From positions 5,370,001-5,402,000 of the forward strand of contig NZ_CP042911.1 of NCBI RefSeq assembly GCF_008065095.1: 32,000 bases of DNA, in the 5' to 3' direction. Shown here piece after piece: positions 1 to 7,810 of the stretch; the stretch's first letter is position 1, and each line of letters starts with the position of its first letter. The notes beneath the pieces are model-generated. The model was not told where the DNA came from, did not search any database, and worked only from the letters and a program-made list of their open reading frames with translations. The translations under genes and the position numbers were made by a program. Source of the DNA: Gemmata obscuriglobus. GTDB taxonomy: Bacteria > Planctomycetota > Planctomycetia > Gemmatales > Gemmataceae.

Positions 1-458
1 TTCCCGCCCACCTGGAACAGGGACTGCGCGAACCCGTGCCGCCCGCCAGACGCCAGCCGCGCGACCCGCGACGCCTCCGGGTGGAAGACCGCCGATCCGA
101 CGCCGACGAGGGCCGCCGCGAGCAGGATGAGCGGAAAGGTGTTCGCCACCGACAGCAGGAGCAACCCGCCGAGCGTGACGCTCATCCCCAGCGTCAGCGA
201 GAACGGAAGGGGGCGGCGGTCGGTGTACAGGCCGACGAGCGGTTGAAGGAGCGACGCGGTGAGCTGGAAGGCCAGGGTGATGAGCCCGATCTGCGTGTAG
301 GTGAGGGCGTAGGACTCCTTGAGCACCGGGTACACGGCCGAGATCAGCGACTGGATCGTGTCGTTCAGCAGGTGCGACACGCTGAGCGCCACAATAACCG
401 TGAGTGCCGTCGTTGCCGCCGCCGGTGCCGTTTGTTGTTCTTCCGTTCCGACCACCAC
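1..458 (-). CDS. MFS transporter (Fsr-like), N-terminal part; gene continues beyond the left edge of the window
   Basis: Absent from the ORF track because it runs off the edge. Hand translation of the minus strand from GTG at 458 gives VVVGTEEQQTAPAAATTALTVIVALSVSHLLNDTIQSLISAVYPVLKESYALTYTQIGLITLAFQLTASLLQPLVGLYTDRRPLPFSLTLGMSVTLGGLLLLSVANTFPLILLAAALVGVGSAVFHPEASRVARLASGGRHGFAQSLFQVGG. This shows successive hydrophobic helices and a G-x-x-x-D-R loop typical of major facilitator proteins. The start codon is uncertain (GTG 458 or 455). Confidence 0.7.
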   Translation of the reverse strand, partial: MVVGTEEQQTAPAAATTALTVIVALSVSHLLNDTIQSLISAVYPVLKESYALTYTQIGLITLAFQLTASLLQPLVGLYTDRRPLPFSLTLGMSVTLGGLLLLSVANTFPLILLAAALVGVGSAVFHPEASRVARLASGGRHGFAQSLFQVGG

Positions 459-664
459 ATACCCCCGTGTTAATCCGTCTCCGCACCGACACCGCTCGCG
501 CCGTCAAAGTTCACTGTGTCGGGAGGAAAGGATACCCCGTGCCGGGGCACGCATTACGTGATATCCTCATACCCGCGGAGCGGTCCCCACCGTTTGCAAG
601 GAACGCGGGCTCCGGCGGTATCTCGAGTTGCCCTCCGCCGCGCCTGTCCGACGAGGATCCCGTG

Positions 665-1831
665 ATGGCGCTCAGCCGTTTGCCGCTTGGATACTGCGCC
701 AACGTCCACCCGGCCCGAACCTTCGCCGACCTCCTCAGCGGCCTCGACCGCTTCACCGTGCCCGTGATGCGACGGATCGGGCGACCGCTGGGAGCCGGGC
801 TGTGGCTCGCCCGGCCGGTCGTCGACGAGGTTCTGGCCGCGCCGCACGGAACTGCCCGGCTCGCCGACGAACTGAAACGTTGCGGGCTCACGGCACACAC
901 CTTCAACGCGTTCCCTTACGGCGATTTCCACGCCGCGCGGGTGAAAGAGAACGTGTACCTGCCGGACTGGACTTCGGTGGAGCGGCTGGCTTACACGGAG
1001 CGGTGCGCGACCGTGCTCGCCGCACTGCTGCCCGAAGGCGGCGAGGGGTCCATCTCGACCCTGCCGATCGGGTTCAAGGGATTCAACAGCCAGCCCGGGT
1101 TCCTCCAGGCCGCCGAGCGGCTAACGGATTGCGCTCTCACCCTGGCCCGCCTCGCGGCCGAGAACGGGCGCGTGATCCGGGTGGCGATCGAGCCCGAGCC
1201 GTTCTGCCTGCTGGAAACGACGGAAGAAACGATCGAGTTCTTCCACGTTCTTTGGGGAGTGGCCGCTGCGCGCGGGGCGGAAGAGGCCGTGCGGGAGCAC
1301 ATCGGGGTGTGCTACGACGTCTGCCACCAGGCGGTAGAATTCGAGGACCCGGCCGCCTGCGTCGCCGCCCTGGACCGGGCCGGGGTGCGGGTGAACAAGG
1401 TTCAGGTGAGTTGTGCCGTCGAGTTGACGGACCCGGCCGAGAACCGCGCGGGGCGTGAGGCCCTGCGCCAGTTCGTCGAACCGCGATACCTGCACCAGGT
1501 GTTCGCGCGGTTGCGCGACGGCCGGACGGTTGGCGCAGTGGACCTGACCCCGGAGTTCCTGAACGATCCCGGACCGGAGTTCAAATCGGCCGAGGTGTGG
1601 CGCATCCACTTCCACGTTCCGGTGGACGCGGAACGGCTCGGGCCGCTCGGAACGACGCGGTCCGCACTCGCTCCGGCCCTCGCCGCCGTCGCGGCGCTGA
1701 GCTATGCCCCGCACATTGAGGTGGAAACGTACACCTGGTCGGTGATGCCAGGGCAGGGGGGGGCCGATCTCGTGACGGCGCTGGCGAACGAGATCGAAGC
1801 CACTCAGAAGATCATGAACGACCTGGGGTGA
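665..1831 (+). CDS. Xylose-isomerase-like TIM-barrel protein (sugar phosphate isomerase/epimerase family, EboE-like)
   Basis: Frame of track ORF 404..1831. I chose ATG 665 (MALSRLPLGYCANVHPARTFADL...) because the upstream extension is P/R-rich and reaches into the MFS start region. The N-terminal LGYC-x-N-V-HP and the ~388 aa size match my recollection of EboE-type TIM-barrel proteins. Not verified by search. Confidence 0.6.
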   Translation: MALSRLPLGYCANVHPARTFADLLSGLDRFTVPVMRRIGRPLGAGLWLARPVVDEVLAAPHGTARLADELKRCGLTAHTFNAFPYGDFHAARVKENVYLPDWTSVERLAYTERCATVLAALLPEGGEGSISTLPIGFKGFNSQPGFLQAAERLTDCALTLARLAAENGRVIRVAIEPEPFCLLETTEETIEFFHVLWGVAAARGAEEAVREHIGVCYDVCHQAVEFEDPAACVAALDRAGVRVNKVQVSCAVELTDPAENRAGREALRQFVEPRYLHQVFARLRDGRTVGAVDLTPEFLNDPGPEFKSAEVWRIHFHVPVDAERLGPLGTTRSALAPALAAVAALSYAPHIEVETYTWSVMPGQGGADLVTALANEIEATQKIMNDLG

Positions 1832-1850
1832 CGACTGATTGTAGCTGTTC

Positions 1851-1916
1851 TGTGGCACAGGCATTCCTGTCTGTGCGGCCTTTTCTCGCCGCACAGACAG
1901 GAATGCCGGTGCCACA
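1851..1916. repeat. REP-like palindromic element, copy 1 (28-bp arms, 1 mismatch, 10-nt loop)
   Basis: TGTGGCACAGGCATTCCTGTCTGTGCGG (1851-1878) pairs with CCGCACAGACAGGAATGCCGGTGCCACA (1889-1916). It lies between the convergent stops at 1831 (+) and 1971 (-). Related copies are at 7693-7760 and 27268-27337. Confidence 0.85.
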
Positions 1917-1970
1917 AAGATAGCGGCCCAAACTGACACGAAGCGAAAAGATCGATCGCGTTGGCCGAAA

Positions 1971-2780
1971 TTAGATCGTAACGGAAGAGAAGCCGCCGTC
2001 CACGACGATGTTCTGCCCGGTCACGAACCCGGACGCCCGCTGCGAGGCCAGCCACACCGTCGCGCCCGCGAGTTCTTCGGCGGTCCCGAAGCGGCTCATC
2101 GGGGTGTGCCCGATGATCGCCTGACCGCGCTCGGTGTAGGTGCCGTCGTCCTTCAGGAGCATCCGGCGGTTCTGCTCTGCTGGGAAGAACCCCGGGCTGA
2201 TCGCGTTCACCCGCACGCCCTTCGTGGCCCACTCGCGCGCCAGCCACAGCGTCAGGTTTAACACCGCGGCCTTCGATGCTGAGTACGCCACCACCCGCGA
2301 CAGAGGGATGATGCTGGCCATCGACGCGATATTGATGATGCTCCCTTTGCCCGCCGCCACCATCTTCTCGCCGAAGATCTGGCACGGGTAGAGCGTCCCC
2401 CCGACGAGGTTCAGGTCGAACACCGCGTTCCACCCCTCGGCGCCCATCTTGCAGAAGTCGCCGCCGGGTGCGATGGTCCCTTCGGGTTTGTTCCCCCCGG
2501 CCCCGTTAATCAGAACCGTGACGTTGCCGAGCTTGGAAATGATCGTGTCGCGGGCGGCGGTGAGCGACTCGCGGCTCATCGCGTCCGCCGAAACGAAGAT
2601 CGCTTTTCCGCCGGCCTGCTCGATGGCGCGAACGCGCTCCAGGCCGCGCTCCTCACTGCGGCCGACCACCGCGACGGTCGCGCCGGCGGCCGCGAGCGCG
2701 TCGGCCATCGCACCGCCGAGCACCCCGGTCCCGCCGAGCACCGCGGCCACTTCGCCTGTGAGGTTAAACAGATTCGTCAT
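1971..2780 (-). CDS. SDR-family oxidoreductase (short-chain dehydrogenase/reductase)
   Basis: Gly-rich Rossmann motif LGGTGVLGGAMA, NGAG, and catalytic Y-x-x-x-K (YSASKAAV). I moved the start to ATG 2780 (MTNLFNLTGE...) because the nine codons up to the track start at 2807 have poor GC3. 2807 remains possible. Confidence 0.85.
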   Translation of the reverse strand: MTNLFNLTGEVAAVLGGTGVLGGAMADALAAAGATVAVVGRSEERGLERVRAIEQAGGKAIFVSADAMSRESLTAARDTIISKLGNVTVLINGAGGNKPEGTIAPGGDFCKMGAEGWNAVFDLNLVGGTLYPCQIFGEKMVAAGKGSIINIASMASIIPLSRVVAYSASKAAVLNLTLWLAREWATKGVRVNAISPGFFPAEQNRRMLLKDDGTYTERGQAIIGHTPMSRFGTAEELAGATVWLASQRASGFVTGQNIVVDGGFSSVTI

Positions 2781-2849
2781 GTGAAACCTGGATTGAAGAG
2801 AACTCACCGCAGAGGAGGTTCCCTCCGCTGCGGTGACATCGGTGTTTTG

Positions 2850-4100
2850 CTACCCGACGAACAGCGGCTTCAGGTGCCGGTCGAACAGGTTCGTTGTCAC
2901 GTTGCGCGACACCGCGGCCTCGCACACCTTCAGCGCGTCGAGGTACTGGGTGCCCATTTGTGCCGCGACCTTGAACCCGACGTGGATCAACTGCCGCAGC
3001 GACGGGTTGAACAGCGGGTTCGACTGGTCGTGGCGCAGGGCGCCGACGAACTGCTCCGAGGTCCAGCCGTTCACCTCGTCGGCGCCCGGCAGTTGCGCGG
3101 CGTCGATGTCGATGACGGTCGCGTAGGGGGCGCACAGCTCGTCTTTCTTGGCGAGCGCCTTGCCGTAAATGGTTTTCGCCAGGGCCAGCCCCTCGCCGCC
3201 GCTCTCGGCCAGCCCGATCACCTCTTCGAGCCACGTGGTGCCGGCGGTCTTGAGGTGGACCCCGGCGCCCGTGTCCCGCAGGGCGCGCCGGATCGGGCCG
3301 TACAGCGAAAACTTGTCGCTCCCGGAGTGGACGCTCAGCTTCAGGCTCGCCGGGAGCCGGTACTTCTGCACCGCGTAAGCGATCACCGCCAGGTCGTCGC
3401 GGAACTCGCGCTCGAACTGCGCCACGTTGCCGACGTAATCGACGCCCTTGTTGAACCGGCCGGTGAACTTCGGGGCGATCGTCTGCAGCGGCACCCGCTC
3501 GTCCGCCAGCGCCGCCAGGATCAGCAGCAGCTCCTGCGGCGTCTGGGGCGCGTCGGTCTCGTCCATGGACACTTCGGTGATGAAGTTGTCCGACCCCTTC
3601 GACCACGAAATCTTGTTGTAGATCGCGCCCGCGTCCTTGACGGCCTTGAGGTACTTGCCGATGATGCGGGCGATGTCCGCGGGCGCGAGGGTGAACGGCT
3701 CGGACACCCCGGGGATGGCGATGGTGCCGAGCAGCTCCGGGTGCCGGGTCGTGAAGATCTTGATCGCGTCCGCGGTGGCCGGGCGCCCGATGGAGTCCGC
3801 CACGTCGATGGTGTAGAAGTCGCAGGCGGGCAGGAACCGCTCGACCGTTTCGAGCCGGATGTGGTCGGCGTCGACGTGGTAGGGCTTGGTCCAGTTAAGC
3901 TCTTTCACCGCCGCGTCGGCGCTGGTCCGCACGCTCGCCGGGTCGGACCCGATGATGGTGTGCTCGCGGTTCGACTTGTTCCACACGGGGGTGACTTCTG
4001 CGCCGGCCGCGGCGGCGAGCTGGCACGCTCGGAGTTGCGCTTTGGCTTGGTGTGCGAACCGGTCGCCGACCCCGACCGAGAACTTGCCGAGCGTGAGCAT
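2850..4100 (-). CDS. uxaE: Tagaturonate/fructuronate epimerase family protein (UxaE-like)
   Basis: Track ORF 2850..4478 trimmed to ATG 4100 (MLTLGKFSVGVGDRFAHQ...). The longer form would run through the infA gene. The blocks SVDETD, FEREF, LSVHSGSDKFSLY, HLKTAGTTWLEE and LRQLIHVGF resemble, from memory, the Thermotoga UxaE family. It lies 69 nt (from ATG 2780) upstream of the SDR gene on the same strand. Confidence 0.7.
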   Translation of the reverse strand: MLTLGKFSVGVGDRFAHQAKAQLRACQLAAAAGAEVTPVWNKSNREHTIIGSDPASVRTSADAAVKELNWTKPYHVDADHIRLETVERFLPACDFYTIDVADSIGRPATADAIKIFTTRHPELLGTIAIPGVSEPFTLAPADIARIIGKYLKAVKDAGAIYNKISWSKGSDNFITEVSMDETDAPQTPQELLLILAALADERVPLQTIAPKFTGRFNKGVDYVGNVAQFEREFRDDLAVIAYAVQKYRLPASLKLSVHSGSDKFSLYGPIRRALRDTGAGVHLKTAGTTWLEEVIGLAESGGEGLALAKTIYGKALAKKDELCAPYATVIDIDAAQLPGADEVNGWTSEQFVGALRHDQSNPLFNPSLRQLIHVGFKVAAQMGTQYLDALKVCEAAVSRNVTTNLFDRHLKPLFVG

Positions 4101-4343
4101 GAGGGGGTACAGCCTTTGGGGTGTGGTGGGGTGATTGTAGCGGGCCGCCGGGCCATTTACGATGTGAGGACCGCTATTCGACTGGTGTGCGCGCGGCGAA
4201 TCTGTAACCAATCTCGTAACCCAGTCAGTCGCGCGATACAATATAACTAGTGCGCCCGCACCCGGGCGCACACCGGGCGTGTACCGCGCCCGTTTCTCGC
4301 TCCCGGCTTCGCCCGTTACTCGTAGAGGTTCAATACCGGAAAC

Positions 4344-4571
4344 ATGCAAAAAACAAAAGAAGAAGCGATCGAAGTGGAGGGCCGCGTGACGCAGGCCCTC
4401 GCGAACACCACGTTCCGCGTCCAACTGGACATCGGCGGAGAAGTGGTCGCGCACATCGGCGGCAAGATGCGGAAGCACTACATCCGCATCATCCCGGGCG
4501 ACCGGGTGAAGGTGGAGATCTCACCGTACGACCTGACGAAGGGGCGGATCACCTTCCGTATCCGCGGTTAG
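4344..4571 (+). CDS. infA: Translation initiation factor IF-1
   Basis: 75 aa: [75 protein letters not shown]. This is the unmistakable IF-1 S1-fold sequence. Confidence 0.97.
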   Translation: MQKTKEEAIEVEGRVTQALANTTFRVQLDIGGEVVAHIGGKMRKHYIRIIPGDRVKVEISPYDLTKGRITFRIRG

Positions 4572-4585
4572 TCGGCACTCGCCTG

Positions 4586-4605
4586 GCGCCGGCTCCCGCC
4601 GGCGC
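4586..4605 (+). terminator. GC-rich stem-loop downstream of infA (8-bp perfect stem, TCCC loop)
   Basis: GCGCCGGC-TCCC-GCCGGCGC. A TTTTT run follows only at 4614-4618, so this is a weak intrinsic-terminator candidate. It sits between convergent infA and the WD40 gene. Confidence 0.4.
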
Positions 4606-4632
4606 GGCTGACCTTTTTGAGGCCGCACCTGC

Positions 4633-5556
4633 TTAATCCGCGTCCCACACCACGACGCGACCCAGGTCACCGCCGGCCGCAAGGCGGAACCCGTCCGGTG
4701 CGTAGCTCACGCAGTACACGCGACCGATGTCCCATTTGAAACTGGCCCGCTCGTTGCCCGTGGCAACGTCCCACAACCGCACCGTGAAATCGAAGCTGCC
4801 CGTGGCGACCGTTCTCCCATCCGGCGAGAAGGCCACGCACAGCACCTGCCCCTTATGCCCCTTCAGTACGGCACGTTCTCGTTTGGCCCGGAGGTCGTAA
4901 AGCTTGGTGCTCCGGTCGCTCGCGACCGCGAGCACCGAGCCGTCGGAGCTGAGCGCGATGGCGGGGCAATCGCTCGCCTGCGGGAACTCGGTCATCGGCT
5001 TCGGCGTGGTGATGTCCCACACCCGAACCTTGCGGTGGCCGGTCCCCCATGCGACGATTTTCTTGGACGGGCTGACGGCGATCGTCCGGACGCCGTTAGG
5101 TTCGGTGAAGTGCGGGCTTTGCTTGCGGTCGTTCGACACGTCCCAGATCTCGAGCGCCCCACCGCTCGCCTTGAACCGGTCGCCGGTGCCGACCGCAACG
5201 GTTTGCTCGTTGAGAACCGTCAGGGCCGTGACCGGGAGCGACGCCTTGGAGTCGACCTCCTTGGAACTGGCTTCTCTCCACCCGCTCTCGGTCTGCCGGT
5301 AACGGTACCACCCGGAGGCACCGCCCACGAACAGCGCGGTGCCGCTCGGGGAAAAACTGAGCGCGTGGACGGGCGACGATTTGGGCGAGCGCTCCAGCAC
5401 GGGCACCACGTGTCCGGCGGCGTCGCGCACGAAGACGGAGCCGTCGCGGGCGCCCGTGGCGAGCGTCGACCCGTCGGGGGAGAACGCGACGGCGTACACG
5501 ACCGCCTTGTGAACGACGGTGGCCGTTTCGTCCCTGTGGTCTTCGAAAAGGAGCAT
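4633..5556 (-). CDS. WD40-repeat protein
   Basis: Repeated units of the type VYAVAFSPDGSTLATGARDGSVFVRD, VHALSFSPSG, VLCVAFSPDGRTVATGSFDFTVRLWD and VYCVSYAPDGFRLAAGGDLGRVVVWD. I chose start ATG 5556 (MLLFEDHRDE...). The track start 5811 would overlap the divergent small ORF at 5666. Confidence 0.8.
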   Translation of the reverse strand: MLLFEDHRDETATVVHKAVVYAVAFSPDGSTLATGARDGSVFVRDAAGHVVPVLERSPKSSPVHALSFSPSGTALFVGGASGWYRYRQTESGWREASSKEVDSKASLPVTALTVLNEQTVAVGTGDRFKASGGALEIWDVSNDRKQSPHFTEPNGVRTIAVSPSKKIVAWGTGHRKVRVWDITTPKPMTEFPQASDCPAIALSSDGSVLAVASDRSTKLYDLRAKRERAVLKGHKGQVLCVAFSPDGRTVATGSFDFTVRLWDVATGNERASFKWDIGRVYCVSYAPDGFRLAAGGDLGRVVVWDAD

Positions 5557-5665
5557 CGTCCGATCAACTCCGCGACCGCCGACCCGAACCGAACCGGGCT
5601 CCCCGCAACCGGCTCCGATCCGGTATCCTGGGAATTGTACACCCAAACCCGGCGCGTGCGACAAC

Positions 5666-5944
5666 ATGGAAATCGAGTGGACCGAGCGCGACCCTGACAC
5701 CAGGGACAAGCGCACCGTGCGGGCCGAGCGGTTCGCCCGCAAGTGGGGTTTCAAGGTGCAGACACGGCGGTACGAGCCGTGGGTGCCTGTGCCCCAACCC
5801 TCGCGGGACATGTGGGAAACGCTACTCGACGCGCTCGAGCGCCGCTATCCCCGTCGTGAAGGAGTGACGGACGAAGACCTGAAGCAGGTTCGCGCCATCG
5901 TCGCGGCCCTTCCGGCGGAAGAAACCGATTCGCCCGACGAGTGA
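5666..5944 (+). CDS. Hypothetical protein (92 aa), no recognisable domain
   Basis: ATG 5666 (MEIEWTERDPDTRDKRTV...). GC3 is high throughout. It is divergent from the WD40 gene, and its stop overlaps or abuts the Nudix gene. Confidence 0.55.
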   Translation: MEIEWTERDPDTRDKRTVRAERFARKWGFKVQTRRYEPWVPVPQPSRDMWETLLDALERRYPRREGVTDEDLKQVRAIVAALPAEETDSPDE

Positions 5945-5970
5945 GCCCCGTTTGTTTGCAGGACGCACAC

Positions 5971-6471
5971 ATGCCCTACACGCCGATCCTCGCCACCCTC
6001 GGCTACGTGTTTTCACCGGACGGAACCCGCGTGCTGATGGTCCACCGGAACGCCCGCCCGGGGGACTTGCACCTCGGCAAGTACAACGGCCTGGGCGGGA
6101 AGCTCGAGCCGGGCGAGGACGTGGTCGCCGGGATGCGGCGCGAGATCCGCGAGGAAGCCGGCATCGAGTGCGACGCAATGCAACTGGCGGGGACCATTTC
6201 GTGGCCCGGGTTCGGAAAGGGCGGCGAGGACTGGTTCGGATTCATCTTTCGCGTGAACCGGTTCACCGGTGTTCCACATAGCGCCAACGTGGAGGGGACG
6301 CTGGAGTGGGTGGACGTCGAGCGCGTACCGGCGCTCCCGCTCTGGCCGGGGGACAAGTTCTTTCTCCCGCTGGTTTTCGACCGTTCGGGGCCGCAGTTTC
6401 ACGGCGTCATGCCGTACCGGGACGGGCACCCGCTCTCCTGGAACTGTAGCACCGTTACCGCCAACGTTTGA
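5971..6471 (+). CDS. Nudix hydrolase (MutT-like)
   Basis: Nudix box GGKLEPGEDVVAGMRREIREEAGI. I preferred ATG 5971 (MPYTPILATLGYVF...) over the GTG at 5941. Confidence 0.85.
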   Translation: MPYTPILATLGYVFSPDGTRVLMVHRNARPGDLHLGKYNGLGGKLEPGEDVVAGMRREIREEAGIECDAMQLAGTISWPGFGKGGEDWFGFIFRVNRFTGVPHSANVEGTLEWVDVERVPALPLWPGDKFFLPLVFDRSGPQFHGVMPYRDGHPLSWNCSTVTANV

Positions 6472-6529
6472 TTGTGCGGGTCGGGGCGAATTCGCCGGAT
6501 CGGGGAGAAACCGGCTTCCTGCGCCCTTC

Positions 6530-7645
6530 ATGCCCACCGGGGTGTGCTACAGTTCGGCAGGAATTCAGTCCCTCCCTCCGCCGCGCGCGACACCGGCAGC
6601 GGAACGATTCACAGGGGATGTGGTGTTGTCTGCCCTTCCCAACAACATCCGTTCGACCACGCCCGGCGCGTTCGTCCCCGCCGTCGGTGCGGAGCCGTCG
6701 CCGGGGTACCGGCTCCGGTGCGTCCGCGGTCGCGGCGGGTTCGCCGAGGTGTGGGAGGCGGAAGCGCCGACCGGGCCGCCGGTGGCGCTCAAGTTCATGC
6801 CGACCTCGAACACGGCCACCACGGCCCGCGAGCTGCGGTCGGTGAAGTCGTTTCAGGGGATGGAGCACCCGTACATCGTCAAGACGTACGACGTGTGGTC
6901 CATCCCGGGCTACCTCGTCATCAACATGGAACTGGCCGAGGCAACGCTCCTCGACCTGATGCAGGTGTACCGCGACGAGTTGGGGCAGGACATCGAGCCG
7001 GCGACCCTCTGCCTGTACCTCTGGCAGGTGGCCGAAGCGCTGGACTTCCTGAACGCCCGGCAGCACGTCCGCGACGGCCGGCGGGTCGGGTTCCAGCACG
7101 GCGACGTGAAGCCGAACAACATCCTGCTGTTCGGCGACGTGGCGAAGCTCACCGACCACGGCCTGGCGACCCCGACGCACGCCCCGAGTACGCCGTGCGC
7201 GCGCCAGGGGACGCGCGAGTACGCAGCCCCGGAAGTGTTCCTCGGGTCCATCTCTGACTGGTCGGACCAGTTCAGCCTTGCGGTGACGTATTACGCGCTG
7301 CGCACGGGGACGTTTCCGTTCGCGCCTCCGGTGAAGGCCGCGTCCCGGTCGTCGCTGCGCCCGCTCGCGAACCTGAGCGGCGTGACCGACGCCGAACAGC
7401 CGGCCCTGCGGCGGGCGCTGGCCCCGGTCCCGCAGGAGCGGTTCCCGAACTGTCTGGAGTTCATGGCGGCGCTGCTCAAGGCCCTGAAGTTGCGTGTCGA
7501 ACTGCCCGACGGCGAGGGCGGCCGGATGAAGGTGACGCGCGAGGCGGCGATCAGCGCCGGGTCCGGGGTTCGCAAACTGGCGACACCCGCACTGAGCGTA
7601 TCGTCGGCCGCCCGAAAGACCCCGTTCGGCAGCGGTAACGTGTAG
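6530..7645 (+). CDS. Ser/Thr protein kinase (Hanks type) with variant catalytic motifs
   Basis: GRGGFAEVWEA (Gly loop), VALKFM (VAIK Lys), HGDVKPNNILL (catalytic loop), TDHGLA (DFG position) and TREYAAPE (APE). The start is uncertain: ATG 6530, or an in-frame GTG near 6619. The track start 6269 overlaps the Nudix gene. Confidence 0.8.
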   Translation: MPTGVCYSSAGIQSLPPPRATPAAERFTGDVVLSALPNNIRSTTPGAFVPAVGAEPSPGYRLRCVRGRGGFAEVWEAEAPTGPPVALKFMPTSNTATTARELRSVKSFQGMEHPYIVKTYDVWSIPGYLVINMELAEATLLDLMQVYRDELGQDIEPATLCLYLWQVAEALDFLNARQHVRDGRRVGFQHGDVKPNNILLFGDVAKLTDHGLATPTHAPSTPCARQGTREYAAPEVFLGSISDWSDQFSLAVTYYALRTGTFPFAPPVKAASRSSLRPLANLSGVTDAEQPALRRALAPVPQERFPNCLEFMAALLKALKLRVELPDGEGGRMKVTREAAISAGSGVRKLATPALSVSSAARKTPFGSGNV

Positions 7646-7692
7646 CCGTAGTGGTCCACGGCCCGTTGATGGTGTCTGTTTTGTGTTGGTCT

Positions 7693-7760
7693 TTGTGGCA
7701 CGGACATTCCTGTCTGTGCGATATTCTCACGCCGTACAGACAGGAATGTCTGCGCCACAA
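7693..7760. repeat. REP-like palindromic element, copy 2
   Basis: TTGTGGCACGGACATTCCTGTCTGTGCG (7693-7720) and CGTACAGACAGGAATGTCTGCGCCACAA (7733-7760). There are 3 mismatches, all G-U compatible in RNA, and the loop is ATATTCTCACGC. It lies between the convergent stops at 7645 (+) and 7811 (-). Confidence 0.85.
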
Positions 7761-7810
7761 GAAACAGACACAGTCAGCCGGATCGAATCTGGACGCGTTC
7801 CCGTTTGAGT

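Noticed and set aside
36-473. 145-aa plus-strand ORF at the window start
   Set aside because: It is antisense to the clearly membrane-protein-like MFS reading frame and is R/E/D-rich junk.
404-664. N-terminal extensions offered by the ORF track: 404-664, 4101-4478, 5557-5811, 17735-17959, 20818-21069, 23947-23991
   Set aside because: In each case the extension is P/R/G-rich, has poorer GC3 or overlaps a neighbouring gene. An internal ATG gives a protein starting where family members normally start.
4237-4242. TACAAT hexamer in the A/T-rich patch upstream of infA, as a -10 box, plus the 9-bp stem-loop at 4250-4271
   Set aside because: There is no convincing -35 element at 17-nt spacing, and planctomycete promoter consensus is not established well enough to call this from sequence alone.
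2781-4250. 489-aa plus-strand ORF
   Set aside because: It is entirely antisense to the UxaE-like gene. The composition is R/G/V/L-rich with no motifs, which is the typical shadow ORF of a high-GC3 gene.
6455-7180. 241-aa minus-strand ORF, and the other alternative-frame ORFs over the kinase gene
   Set aside because: They overlap a gene with complete Hanks kinase motifs and are themselves R/G/P-rich.
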